Shown: in pieces, positions 30,816 through 40,396 of the stretch
How positions within the stretch are numbered: the stretch's first letter is position 1
Layout of the letters: every line of letters starts with the position of its first letter
Assembly (NCBI GenBank): GCA_031370785.1
Contig: JANMQY010000092.1
Span: 8,115 to 72,114 of the forward strand
From: Candidatus Eiseniibacteriota bacterium
GTDB lineage: Bacteria; Eisenbacteria; RBG-16-71-46
Direction: 5' to 3'
Length of the DNA: 64,000 bases
Notes under the pieces: model-generated
The model's input: only the letters and a program-made list of their open reading frames with translations
Databases searched by the model: none
What the model was told of the DNA's origin: nothing
Position numbers and translations under genes: made by a program

Positions 30816-30830
30816 GGTTCTCCCTGGCGC

Positions 30831-31565
30831 TTAGTATCGGCCGGCGAGCAGGTCGGTCCGGTCGGCGAACGGCTGCTCGCAGGGCCGTCCTTCGGCGTGA
30901 AGATAGCGCGCTTCGCCGGGCGCGAGCCACACCAGCGAGGACGAGACCGTGACCATCTGTCCGGTGTGAACGCACACCGCGCGCTCGCCGTCCTTGCCGT
31001 GTTCCGCGAGCAGGGCCATCAGCATGCGTTCGGTGCGCTCCCGGGACCCGGTCGCGATGCCGGCCAGCGACCCGAGCAGGGCCGCGGTTCGCATCTCCAG
31101 TGGATCGTCGAGCTCGGCATGGGTGAGCACGTGCCAGCCCGATCCGATGCGCCGCGACCGCGGCGCCTCGCCGGCCTCGCGCGAGATCATCCAGCAGTCG
31201 CCCGGCGCGGCGTGCACCAGCGAGAACGGAGCGAAGAAGTTCCGCGCAGCCAGCTCCCGCGCGCGCTCGGGAGAGGGCGTCTCGAGCGCGGCAACCTCGA
31301 GCGCGAGGCGGCCGCGCGAGACCGGGGTGCCGGTCACGGGCTCGCCCGCGCGCTCGCGCCGATTGAGCATCGCGACCACCGCGCGGCGCTCCCGCACCGC
31401 GAGCCAGGTGCCGCCCGCGACCCGGTCACGCCCGCCCGCGAGGGGCGGCGCGGTTTCGATCACTCCGGGCGGATCCGAAGGCCGGCGCGGGTCCTCGTCG
31501 CGATTCGCCGCCAGGATCACGCTTCGAGGCGCGACGACGTCGATCCCCAGGATGAGAGTGCACAC
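30831..31565 (-). CDS. NRDE/TANGO2-family protein
   Basis: (M)CTL N-terminus, AANRDE, GGRD...GGTWL, SRG, TVSSS. Confidence 0.9.
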   Translation of the reverse strand: MCTLILGIDVVAPRSVILAANRDEDPRRPSDPPGVIETAPPLAGGRDRVAGGTWLAVRERRAVVAMLNRRERAGEPVTGTPVSRGRLALEVAALETPSPERARELAARNFFAPFSLVHAAPGDCWMISREAGEAPRSRRIGSGWHVLTHAELDDPLEMRTAALLGSLAGIATGSRERTERMLMALLAEHGKDGERAVCVHTGQMVTVSSSLVWLAPGEARYLHAEGRPCEQPFADRTDLLAGRY

Positions 31566-31714
31566 GCGAGTCGACTGTAGGGGCCATGGTCGTGCGCGGC
31601 AACCCGGGGGACTGCTGGAGCCGGCCGCGCGCCGGCATGTAGACCGACCGTCGGCTGAGACACTCCCCCCGGAGCTCGACGATCCGACCTGCAACTCGCC
31701 ACAACCTGCGCGCC

Positions 31715-31858
31715 ATGACTCTGGCGTGCCTCGCGCTCCTCACGACCCTGCTCGTTTCCGCCGCCGATCGCGGTTCGCCGAGGGTCACGTACCTGCCGCA
31801 GTCGCGGCCGCCTTCACTCAAGCTCAACGTCTATCGCCCGGCGGCCGCGCGTCCGTGA
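31715..31858 (+). pseudogene. 47-codon ORF resembling the truncated N-terminus of a secreted esterase
   Basis: MTLACLALLTTLLVSAADRGSPRVTYLPQSRPPSLKLNVYRPAAARP*; signal peptide plus a VxY...LKLxVYRP motif. Confidence 0.4.
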
Positions 31859-31914
31859 CGCTCAGGCGCATTTCCATCTTGACCGCCGGATGCGAAAACC
31901 CGTCAACTCGCGAC

Positions 31915-33090
31915 ATGCGCGCCCCTGGCTTGAGCCTCAGCCTCGCCCGCATCCGGGCGGGGCTGAGGTGTGTGCTGCTGCTCGGATTCGCCGCCGTCCT
32001 CGCGCCGCGGCCGGCGGGTGCGGCCGAGGTGCTGCAGCCGTGGAGGCCGCCCGCGGCGGATTCGGTCTTTGCGTGGAGCGCGGAGGCGCGGGCACGATTC
32101 GCCTCGAATACCGGGGACAGCGTGAGCGGCGGAAATTTCCTCGCCTACCAGCGCGTCGGCCAGATCGCACGGCGCCTGCTGCGCTCGCTGGGCCGTGGCC
32201 ACTTTCTGCAGGCGTATGCGATCGGGCCGGTGATGGATTCGCTCGAGCTCAAGACCGAGGTGACTCTGGACCCGTCGCGGCCGGAGTTCGTTCTGGTCGC
32301 GGTGCACAATCCGATTCAGCGCGACGCGGGTACGGTCGGATTCCTCTACTGGTACCAGGGTGATGAGCTGCGCTATCAGGGCACGTACCTCGACGGCGGG
32401 TGGCGACCCAGGCTGCGAATCTGGTACAGCGGTCGGAACGATGCCCCGTATGAATGCGGAATCCTCCATCACAGGGTGGCGCTCGGGCAGGCGCCGCAGT
32501 TCCTGCTGCTGAAACTGCACGCGAGCGGGAAGTTCTGGAACGTTGCGCAGTACGCCGGGCACGGCCCGGATCTCGGGTCGCGCGGTGAGGCCGACTGGGT
32601 GGACGTGAACGGCGACAACCTGCCGGAGATTCTGTCGTGGGTGCCGGCGGCGTCCGACTCGATGTTCGAGGAGTGCGAGGCGTGTCCGCGGATCATGAGC
32701 GAGCGCCTGTTCGTCGAGCGCAAGGAAGGATTCGTGTTGCAGGACAGCCGGCTGATGTCGTCGCCCTACTCCACGTTCCAGCTTTTCATCCGGTTGCTGG
32801 TGGAGGGCAATCGAACCGCCGCGGCGCGCCTGCTCGCGGATCCGGCAAAGGTGAACGATGCGCTGGCGCTCGGCTGGGGAGTGCGCCGTGCGAAGAGTGC
32901 ATGGAAGTACGAATATAGCGAGCCGGACGAGACCTGGCCGCGCTGGATCGTGCTGCGCTACAAGGCCGGCCCGGACCGTCCACAGTATGTCGTTCACTTC
33001 GTACAGCGCGAGGGTCGATGGGTGATCTACGACTGGATCCAGGAACGACGCGGCACGCCGGCGGCGCCGCCACCGGCGGGGAGCCGGTGA
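31915..33090 (+). CDS. Exported hypothetical protein with CxxCP motif (paralogue of the downstream gene)
   Basis: Signal peptide (PAGA|AE); DVNGDNLPEI loop; ECEACP; NTF2-like C-terminus. Confidence 0.8.
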   Translation: MRAPGLSLSLARIRAGLRCVLLLGFAAVLAPRPAGAAEVLQPWRPPAADSVFAWSAEARARFASNTGDSVSGGNFLAYQRVGQIARRLLRSLGRGHFLQAYAIGPVMDSLELKTEVTLDPSRPEFVLVAVHNPIQRDAGTVGFLYWYQGDELRYQGTYLDGGWRPRLRIWYSGRNDAPYECGILHHRVALGQAPQFLLLKLHASGKFWNVAQYAGHGPDLGSRGEADWVDVNGDNLPEILSWVPAASDSMFEECEACPRIMSERLFVERKEGFVLQDSRLMSSPYSTFQLFIRLLVEGNRTAAARLLADPAKVNDALALGWGVRRAKSAWKYEYSEPDETWPRWIVLRYKAGPDRPQYVVHFVQREGRWVIYDWIQERRGTPAAPPPAGSR

Positions 33091-34205
33091 GGGTGGCGCG
33101 CATGAGTGGTCGGATGCGGAACCGGGGGTCACGCGTGCCGATGCGACTCGCAGCGCTCGCCGGGCTCGCGAGCGTGATGCTTGCGCTCGGCGTGGGCGGG
33201 TGTGGTCGCAAGACCGACCTCAGCCATCTGCGTGGCGACTCGAACCAGGGGTTAAGTCCGGACTCGACCGCTGCCCTGGCGCGCGAGGTCCAGGATCGAT
33301 GGGACTCCGGCATGGGCGAGGACGCCTCCATGCTGAGTGCGCGCCTGCTCGCGCTCACGCTGTCCGCGGTCGACCCGCCGCAGTGGCCTTCGCGCGCGCG
33401 CTCCATGCTCGATTCGCTCGCGGTCGGCGCCGATGTCGCCGGCGCGCAGAGCGCGCTGGTGGTGAATTTCTTCAACCGGGCCAATCCCGAGGCCGGTGCC
33501 TGGCCGTATCTTTTCTGGCAGGGAGAAAACGGCGTGCGCCAGCAGGCGCTCGACGGCCGCGGCATGCACCTGAGCGCGGTGGCGGCCCGCGGGCTCGCGG
33601 TGGGCGAGAACCGGCCGGCGAGCGCTGCGGCGCTGTTTGGACGGCGCACGGGTGGGGGGCAGCAGCCGCTGCTCATGGTCTGGAGCCATCAGCGCCGCGA
33701 CGATCCGTGGAAGCTGGTGCAGAGCCTGGGGGCCGATTCGCTGGGGGCGGTCGGCACCGGAGAATTCGAGACCCGCGATACCACACTCACACTGGTCACC
33801 GAAACCTACCGGGCGACCCGCGGTATCGACGAGTGCGCGACCTGCCCGCACGCGTACCGCAGGCGAGTCTTCGTGTGGGGACCCAAAGGCTTCGAGAAAA
33901 TCGAAGAGTCCGAAGTCCCCTCGCCCTACGCCACGTTCGTCCACTTCCTGCAGGCGCTCACCAGCGGAGAGCCGCAGCAGGCGGAGCGCTGGACCGCGGA
34001 TCGCGAGCTGGTGGATCGCGCGCGCCGGCTCGGGTGGGACGAACCCAGCCGGGGCACGTGGCGAGTCGCGCCCGAGACCGATGAGCGCGCGAGAGACATG
34101 GTGTTCTTCCGCGGCAGCGAGGAAGCCTATCGAGTCGAATTCACGCAGCGCGACGGCGGCTGGGTGATCCAGAACTTCGACGCCACATCGCGCAGCGTGG
34201 AGTAG
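33087..34205 (+). CDS. Hypothetical lipoprotein with CxxCP motif (start uncertain, 33087-33141)
   Basis: Lipobox VGGC; ECATCP; SPYATF; GTGA overlap with the upstream stop. Confidence 0.8.
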   Translation: MRVARMSGRMRNRGSRVPMRLAALAGLASVMLALGVGGCGRKTDLSHLRGDSNQGLSPDSTAALAREVQDRWDSGMGEDASMLSARLLALTLSAVDPPQWPSRARSMLDSLAVGADVAGAQSALVVNFFNRANPEAGAWPYLFWQGENGVRQQALDGRGMHLSAVAARGLAVGENRPASAAALFGRRTGGGQQPLLMVWSHQRRDDPWKLVQSLGADSLGAVGTGEFETRDTTLTLVTETYRATRGIDECATCPHAYRRRVFVWGPKGFEKIEESEVPSPYATFVHFLQALTSGEPQQAERWTADRELVDRARRLGWDEPSRGTWRVAPETDERARDMVFFRGSEEAYRVEFTQRDGGWVIQNFDATSRSVE

Positions 34206-34384
34206 CGCCCCGCACCGGAATCATCCCAACCGCCTCGACGGGTCAGGGGACCACGCTCCGTCCCCTGGCGAAGCTTGGAGAGAAGCGCGCGCGACGCTAT
34301 ACTGCGCGCCTTCACGGGCGTCCCGAGCGCCCGCGCGATTACGGCGGCGGCCCGCACTGCGCGTGGGCCGCGAGGTTTGATCCC

Positions 34385-36769
34385 ATGCAGGCACCCATCG
34401 CCCGTTTCCTCGAACGGCCAGAGGCGGCCGGCGAGGAGTCGGCAATCGCGCGCTGGCTTCGCGGAGCATCGCTCGCCCCCGAGTCCAGGGGAGCGCTCGC
34501 GCACTGGCGGACCCTGCCCGCTCGCGCCGCGAGCTTCGCGAAGCTCGCTCCGCCGCTTCCCGCGCCGCTCGCCGATGCGCTCGCCCACCGTGGCATCGGA
34601 CAGCTCTACACGCATCAGGTCCGGGCGATCGAGTCCCTCAGGGCAGGACGCGACGTGGTGGTGGTGACCGGCACCGCGAGCGGGAAGAGCCTGTGCTACC
34701 ACCTTCCGGTGCTGGAGCGGTTGCTGGTCGATCCGGAAGCGACCGCGCTCTATCTGTTCCCGACCAAGGCGCTCGCGCAGGACCAGCTCAAGAGCCTCAC
34801 CCGGCTGGCTTCGGGCCACATAGATGTGCTCAAGGCGCTGCGAGCCGGCGTGTACGACGGCGATACCCAGGCGACGACCCGGCGCAGGATCCGCGACGGG
34901 TCGAACCTGATTCTGTCCAATCCCGACATGCTGCATCAGGGCATCCTGCCCTCGCACCCCAAGTGGGCGCGGTTCCTGCGCAATCTGCGCTTCGTGGTGG
35001 TGGACGAGATCCACTCCTATCGCGGCATCTTCGGCTCGCACGTGGCCAACGTGCTGCGCCGGCTCGAGCGCGTGGTTCGCCACGTGGGCGGCGATTTCCG
35101 CTACGTGACGTGCAGCGCCACCATCCGCAATCCAGGCGAGCTGGCCACCGCACTGATCGGGCGCGAAGCCGAGGTCGTGGACGACGACGGCGCGCCGCGC
35201 GGCGAGAGGCACTTCGCGTTCTGGAACCCACCGTTCACGGACGAGACCCGAGTCGAGCGCCGCTCCTCCAACGTCGAGGGCAGCGCGCTGTTCACCGCCC
35301 TGGTGGAGCACGGCGCGCAGGCGATCGCGTTCACCAAATCGCGGGTCGCGGCCGAGCTGGTCTACCGCTACTCGCACGAGCGGCTCGAACGCCGCGGCGA
35401 TGATCTGCACGAGCGCATCCGTCCCTATCGCGGCGGCTACCTGCCCGAGGAGCGGCGCAACATCGAGCACGCCCTGTTCTCGGGCGAGCTGCGCGGGGTG
35501 GTGAGTACGAACGCGCTCGAGCTGGGCGTGGACATCGGCGGGCTGGATGCGGTGGTAATGATCGGCGCCGCTCCGACGCTGGCCAGCATGTGGCAGCAGG
35601 CGGGGCGCGCGGGGCGCACCGGCAAGGCGGCACTCGCGGTGCTGGTCGCCTACAACGAGACGGTCGACCAGTACCTGATGCGCCATCCCGAGTACTTCTT
35701 CGGACGCTCCCCCGAGGCGGCGATCATCGACCCGCATAATCCCTACATCCTCGCCGCGCAGCTCGGCTGCGCCGCCTACGAGCTGCCGCTCGACGAGGCG
35801 GATCGCGTCACCTTCGGGCCGCAGAGCGAGGCGATCCTCGCCGCGCTCGAGGAGGAGGGCGAGACGCGCACCATCGATGGCCGCGCGTACTGGGCAACCA
35901 CCGAGTTCCCCGCCGCGAAGGTCAGCCTGCGCACGATCTCGGACGACACCTACACGATCATGGACGTGACCCGGGGCAACGCGGTCAAGGGCACCGTGGA
36001 CGGGATCAGCGCGCTGGAGCTGCTCTACCCCGAGGCCATCTACCTGCACGAGGGCGAGACCTGCTTCGTGCGCGAGCTGGACCTCGAGCAGAAGGTGGCC
36101 TACGTGGAGCCGCGCGCGGTGGACTACTACACGCAGCCGGTGCTCGAGACGAACATCCGGATCCGGGGCGAGCAGCAGCGCCGGGAGTGGCGCGGCGAAT
36201 CAGTGAGGCTCGGCGAGCTCACCTACTCGTGGCAGACCGTCGCGATGAAGAAGGTGAAGTTTCACTCGCTCGATGCGATCGGTTATCACCCGCTGAGCCT
36301 GCCGCGGTTGACCCTCGAGACCACGGGATTCTGGTTTGCTCCCGGGGAGGCGGCGTGGCATGCGGTGGCGCGACGCGGGTTCAGTCCGATCGAGGGCCTG
36401 ATGGGCGTGCGCAATCTGTACATGACCCTGCTGGCCATGCTGAGCATGTGCGACCCGTTCGATCTGGGCGGGATGATCGATTCATCCAACCTGGGACGCC
36501 CCGCGCTGTTCATGTTCGATCGCTATCCGGGCGGCCTCGGCTTCTGCGAGCAGGGCTATGCGCGGCTCGACGAGCTGGCGCGCGCAGCGCACGAACATCT
36601 GATCGGCTGCGACTGTGCGGCCGGATGTCCAGCGTGCGTGGGCATCCCCATCCTGCGCGTCGCCCAGCAGCAGGATCCCGACCTTGTGCACGCCCGCGAG
36701 ATTCCGGGCAAGGATGCGGCGCGCGTGCTGCTCGAGCACTGGCTCGCCGAACACGGGAGCAGGGCCTGA
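34385..36769 (+). CDS. DEAH helicase with DUF1998 (Hrq1/YprA/MrfA family)
   Basis: TASGKS, PTKALAQDQ, DEIH, SAT, LELGVDIG, QQAGRAGR; DUF1998 CDP...CDCAAGCPAC. Confidence 0.93.
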   Translation: MQAPIARFLERPEAAGEESAIARWLRGASLAPESRGALAHWRTLPARAASFAKLAPPLPAPLADALAHRGIGQLYTHQVRAIESLRAGRDVVVVTGTASGKSLCYHLPVLERLLVDPEATALYLFPTKALAQDQLKSLTRLASGHIDVLKALRAGVYDGDTQATTRRRIRDGSNLILSNPDMLHQGILPSHPKWARFLRNLRFVVVDEIHSYRGIFGSHVANVLRRLERVVRHVGGDFRYVTCSATIRNPGELATALIGREAEVVDDDGAPRGERHFAFWNPPFTDETRVERRSSNVEGSALFTALVEHGAQAIAFTKSRVAAELVYRYSHERLERRGDDLHERIRPYRGGYLPEERRNIEHALFSGELRGVVSTNALELGVDIGGLDAVVMIGAAPTLASMWQQAGRAGRTGKAALAVLVAYNETVDQYLMRHPEYFFGRSPEAAIIDPHNPYILAAQLGCAAYELPLDEADRVTFGPQSEAILAALEEEGETRTIDGRAYWATTEFPAAKVSLRTISDDTYTIMDVTRGNAVKGTVDGISALELLYPEAIYLHEGETCFVRELDLEQKVAYVEPRAVDYYTQPVLETNIRIRGEQQRREWRGESVRLGELTYSWQTVAMKKVKFHSLDAIGYHPLSLPRLTLETTGFWFAPGEAAWHAVARRGFSPIEGLMGVRNLYMTLLAMLSMCDPFDLGGMIDSSNLGRPALFMFDRYPGGLGFCEQGYARLDELARAAHEHLIGCDCAAGCPACVGIPILRVAQQQDPDLVHAREIPGKDAARVLLEHWLAEHGSRA

Positions 36770-36771
36770 CC

Positions 36772-37743
36772 GTGCCGCGCGGGGAGGCGTTGCGCGCGCG
36801 CCTGGGAGAGATCACTCGCGCCCGCCGGATCGGCGAAGCGCGTGCGGATGAAACCGGCGCGGCGGCGATCTGCGAGATGGCGCACCTGTCGGCGACGCCT
36901 CGGGCGGGGACGGCGCCGGCGGACCTTCCCGCGGTTGCGAAGCCGCGTCGCCCGCGACCGAAGCCCATGCGCAATGGGGCGGCTGCGGGCGCGGAGGCCC
37001 GGGTCGGCGTCGAGGCGTTCCTGCCGGGCGGCGAGTGGCGCGACGGGTCGGGAGCGGTTTACGTGCACGAGCGCCTCCGCTCCGAGATCGAGAGGCCGCG
37101 CAGCCACTGGGGCCAACTCGGCGTGCCGCCCGCGGACGAGGTGGACCTCGTGGCGCTGGTCGCGTGCGGACTCGAGCGCGCGCTGTTTCTCGATCTCGAG
37201 ACCGGGGGCCTGAGCTCGAGCCCGGTGTTTCTCGCGGGCACCATGCACTGGAACGGCAAGGACTTCGTGATCCGCCAGTACTTCGCGCGGCACTACGGCG
37301 AGGAAGGCGCGCTGCTGCGCGCGGTGAGCGAATGCGCGCGCGACTTCGAGTTCCTGGTGACGTTCAATGGCAAGAGCTACGACGCTCCGTTCCTCGCGAC
37401 CCGTGCGGTGATCCACGGGGTGCGCCTCACTCTGCCGCCCCGCCATCTCGACCTGTTGCACGCCTCGCGCAGGCGGTGGAAGCGCGAGCTCTCGAACTGC
37501 CGGCTCCAGACGCTCGAGTATCACGTCTGCCGCCGGCGCCGTGTGGGCGACGTGCCGGGTGATGAGGTACCCGGGCTCTATCACGACTACGTGAGGAGCG
37601 GCGACCCCTGGCGGCTGGCCCCGGTGTTTCACCACAACCTGCTGGACGTCATCACAATGGCCGAGATCGTGCGGACCCTGTGCGACCCGCGCCGGGGCCC
37701 ACCCCAGTCCGACCCGGAGGACTGGCCGTCGCGGCCCGAATGA
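36772..37743 (+). CDS. RNase H-like DEDDh exonuclease (YprB/MrfB family)
   Basis: FLDLET, TFNGKSYD, HLDLLH, LQTLE, HNLLD. Confidence 0.9.
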   Translation: MPRGEALRARLGEITRARRIGEARADETGAAAICEMAHLSATPRAGTAPADLPAVAKPRRPRPKPMRNGAAAGAEARVGVEAFLPGGEWRDGSGAVYVHERLRSEIERPRSHWGQLGVPPADEVDLVALVACGLERALFLDLETGGLSSSPVFLAGTMHWNGKDFVIRQYFARHYGEEGALLRAVSECARDFEFLVTFNGKSYDAPFLATRAVIHGVRLTLPPRHLDLLHASRRRWKRELSNCRLQTLEYHVCRRRRVGDVPGDEVPGLYHDYVRSGDPWRLAPVFHHNLLDVITMAEIVRTLCDPRRGPPQSDPEDWPSRPE

Positions 37744-37793
37744 TGCTGGCCCTGCGGCGGCCGAGGGCTATCGAGCCGCCCCGGTGGTCGTCG

Positions 37794-37823
37794 TTGACAC
37801 CCCTCCCGGCACGGTGACATCAT
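37794..37823 (+). promoter_or_regulatory. Sigma-70-like promoter for the cold-shock-domain gene
   Basis: TTGACA-N18-CATCAT with extended TG. Confidence 0.55.
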
Positions 37824-37941
37824 TTTGCCCGTCGTTCGCGAGTGGGTCCGTCCGATCGAGCGTGGTGCACCGATGAATTCTGTCATGGGTAATCTTGTGT
37901 CTGCGAATTTCTTCCGAGTCACCGGTCTCGTCGTCTGAATC

Positions 37942-37980
37942 GCCCTGGCAGCGTCGGCCTGCCGGGGCATTCTTGTTTTG
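37942..37980 (+). terminator. Intrinsic terminator within the 5' leader (attenuator candidate)
   Basis: GCCCTGGCAG-cgtcggc-CTGCCGGGGC followed by ATTCTTGTTTT. Confidence 0.6.
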
Positions 37981-38029
37981 GTCCCACGCTGGTTGTTGTC
38001 CCAAGTCCCCTCGGAGGGTGTCGGGCGTC

Positions 38030-38650
38030 ATGGTTACCGGAGAGGATCAGAAGATCACGTGCGTGGACTGCGGTGAAGAGTTCCTGTTCACCGCGGGCGA
38101 GCAGGCCTTCTATCGGGAAAAGGGACTGACGCACGCCCCCACCCGATGCAAGCGCTGTCGGGAGAGTCGAAAGAGCAAGGGTGCCGAATCGCGGGGCACG
38201 GCAGGATCCACGATGGGCGGCAAGGAACTGTACACCGCGGTCTGCTCGGATTGCGGCATCGAGACCCAGGTGCCGTTCATGCCGACCGGCGCACGCCCCG
38301 TGTACTGCCGCAACTGCTTCCAGACCCACCGGGCCGACGGTGCGCGGACTGTCGGCGCTCGCGGCGGCAGTGGCCGCGGCGGCCAGCGTGCCGCTCGCGG
38401 CGACGGTCCGCGCACCGCGCCCGCGACGCCCGCGCCGATCGGCGAACGCACGCAGGGCGCGGTCAAATGGTTCAACGAGTCGAAGGGCTTCGGTTTCATC
38501 CAGGACGAAGGGGGAGAGGAAATCTTCGTTCACTTCAGCGCCATTCAGTCCGACGGCTTCAAATCCCTCAACGAGGGTGATCGCGTCGAGTACGACGTGG
38601 TCGCCGGTGCCAAGGGAAAGCAGGCCTCGAACGTGGTGCGTAGGCCCTGA
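38030..38650 (+). CDS. Fusion of a Zn-ribbon, a CxxC-x17-CxxC domain, an RGG linker and a cold-shock domain
   Basis: CVDC...FTAGEQAFY...CKRC; CSDC...[36 protein letters not shown]. Confidence 0.92.
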   Translation: MVTGEDQKITCVDCGEEFLFTAGEQAFYREKGLTHAPTRCKRCRESRKSKGAESRGTAGSTMGGKELYTAVCSDCGIETQVPFMPTGARPVYCRNCFQTHRADGARTVGARGGSGRGGQRAARGDGPRTAPATPAPIGERTQGAVKWFNESKGFGFIQDEGGEEIFVHFSAIQSDGFKSLNEGDRVEYDVVAGAKGKQASNVVRRP

Positions 38651-38749
38651 GCCGAGGTTCGGCCCCCGCCCCCATCCTGAGCTATCCTTGGCAGGCCTCC
38701 GCGCCCATGCGGCGCGGGGGCCTGCCAAGTTTTCAGCCCACGGAGAGAC

Positions 38750-40396
38750 ATGCTCGAGACCGAAAAGACCTTCGCCGCGCTCAGCGAGGAGTTCGTCGAG
38801 GTCACGTTGCGCCACAACCCGGTTGCCGCCACCCGCGCCGGGCTGCACGACTACGACCGGAAGTTGCCCGACGATTCCCCGGCGGGCCTGCGCGAGCGCG
38901 CGGCGTGGTTGCGCGACATCGACCAGCGCCTGGTGGCAAGCGTGCCGTGGGGTGAGCTGCCGATCGAGTCCCGCGTGGATTTCGCGCTGATGCGCTCGAT
39001 GATCTCGGCAACCCGCGCCGATCTGGAAGAGGTGAAGGTCTACGCGCGCAACCCGGTGATCTACCCGGAGACCGCGCTCAACGGAGTGTTTCTGCTCATG
39101 GCCCGCCCCTTCGCCCCGCTCGACGAGCGCAAGGAGGCGGTGCTCGAGCGCCTGATGGCGATCCCGGATTACCTTGCCGCCGCCCAGGCCAACCTGCAGC
39201 AGGCCCCCGAGCTGTTCGTGCGCATCGCGGGCGAAGTCAACCTGAGCGGCCCGCAGTTCGTGGACGAGGTGATGCGGACGCTATTGCGCAGCTTCCCGGG
39301 CGAGGCCGAGCGGATCGAGCACGCGGGAGAGCGCGCGCGGGTCGGTTTCCTCCAGTACCAGGAATTCCTCGAGCGTGATCTGCGGCCGCGCGCCGGTGGA
39401 ACGTTCGCGATCGGCGAGCGCTGGATGAACTACAAGCTCGAGCGCCAGCACCTGCTCTCCGTCGACTGCGCCTACCTCGAGTCGATGGGCCGCGATCGTG
39501 TCGCGAGCACCCAGTCGCTGCTCGAGCAGGAGGCGAGGCGTCTGGACTCGACCCGCGGCTGGCGCGAGCAGGTGGCGGAGGCCAAGCTGCGCCATCCCGA
39601 GTCGCTGCACCTGCTCGATGCCTACGTTGCCGAAGTCGAGCGCGCGCGCCGCTTCGTTCAGGAAAAGAAGCTGGCTCCGATCGCTCCCGGGGCGCTGGAG
39701 GTGATCGAGACTCCGATCTTCGAGCGCGCCGTGCTGCCCTATGCGTCCTACCTGGCGCCCGCGCCGTTCGACGAGGAGCCGGTCGGGCACTTCTACGTCA
39801 CCCCGATCGATCTCGGACGCCCTCGCGCGGAGCAGCAGCAGCAGCTCGAGGAACACAACTACGCATCGCTGCCGATCGTCGTGGTGCACGAGACCTTTCC
39901 CGGGCACCACCTGCAGCGCTGCCACGCCGGACGCAACGGCTCCAGGCTCCGCCGCCTCGCCTCGAGCGAGCCGTTCGCCGAGGGCTGGGCCCTGTATGCG
40001 GAGGAGCTGATGCACGCCGAGGGCTACTTCCTCGATCCGCTCACCCGGCTGCTCCAGTTGCGCGACCTGCTGTGGCGTGCGTGCCGGGTGGTGCTGGACA
40101 TCGGGCTGCACACCGGCCGCATGACGTTCGAGCAGGCAGTCGAGTACCTGGTGGAAGAGGCGATGATCGAGCGCGTCAACGCCGAGATGGAGGTGAAGCG
40201 CTACGCACTCACTCCGACCCAGCCGCTCAGCTACCTGGTCGGCAAGGAGATGCTCGACGAGATCCGCGACGAAGCCCGCGCCCGGATGGGCAGGGCGTTC
40301 AACCTTTACGATTTCCATGCCGAGCTGCTCCGTATCGGAACGTTGCCGCCGTTCCTGATTCGCGAAGAGCTCGGTGGGAGGCTCACCCCACGATGA
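38750..40396 (+). CDS. DUF885-family protein (no signal peptide)
   Basis: NPVAATRAG, HETFPGHHLQ, EGWALYAE, WRACRVVLDIGLH, EVKRY, QPLSY. Confidence 0.9.
   Translation: MLETEKTFAALSEEFVEVTLRHNPVAATRAGLHDYDRKLPDDSPAGLRERAAWLRDIDQRLVASVPWGELPIESRVDFALMRSMISATRADLEEVKVYARNPVIYPETALNGVFLLMARPFAPLDERKEAVLERLMAIPDYLAAAQANLQQAPELFVRIAGEVNLSGPQFVDEVMRTLLRSFPGEAERIEHAGERARVGFLQYQEFLERDLRPRAGGTFAIGERWMNYKLERQHLLSVDCAYLESMGRDRVASTQSLLEQEARRLDSTRGWREQVAEAKLRHPESLHLLDAYVAEVERARRFVQEKKLAPIAPGALEVIETPIFERAVLPYASYLAPAPFDEEPVGHFYVTPIDLGRPRAEQQQQLEEHNYASLPIVVVHETFPGHHLQRCHAGRNGSRLRRLASSEPFAEGWALYAEELMHAEGYFLDPLTRLLQLRDLLWRACRVVLDIGLHTGRMTFEQAVEYLVEEAMIERVNAEMEVKRYALTPTQPLSYLVGKEMLDEIRDEARARMGRAFNLYDFHAELLRIGTLPPFLIREELGGRLTPR

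Noticed and set aside
34385..36769. DISARM/Druantia-type defence system (DUF1998 helicase)
   Set aside because: Helicase and DUF1998 are fused and followed by a YprB-like exonuclease; no methyltransferase, PLD or SNF2 partners
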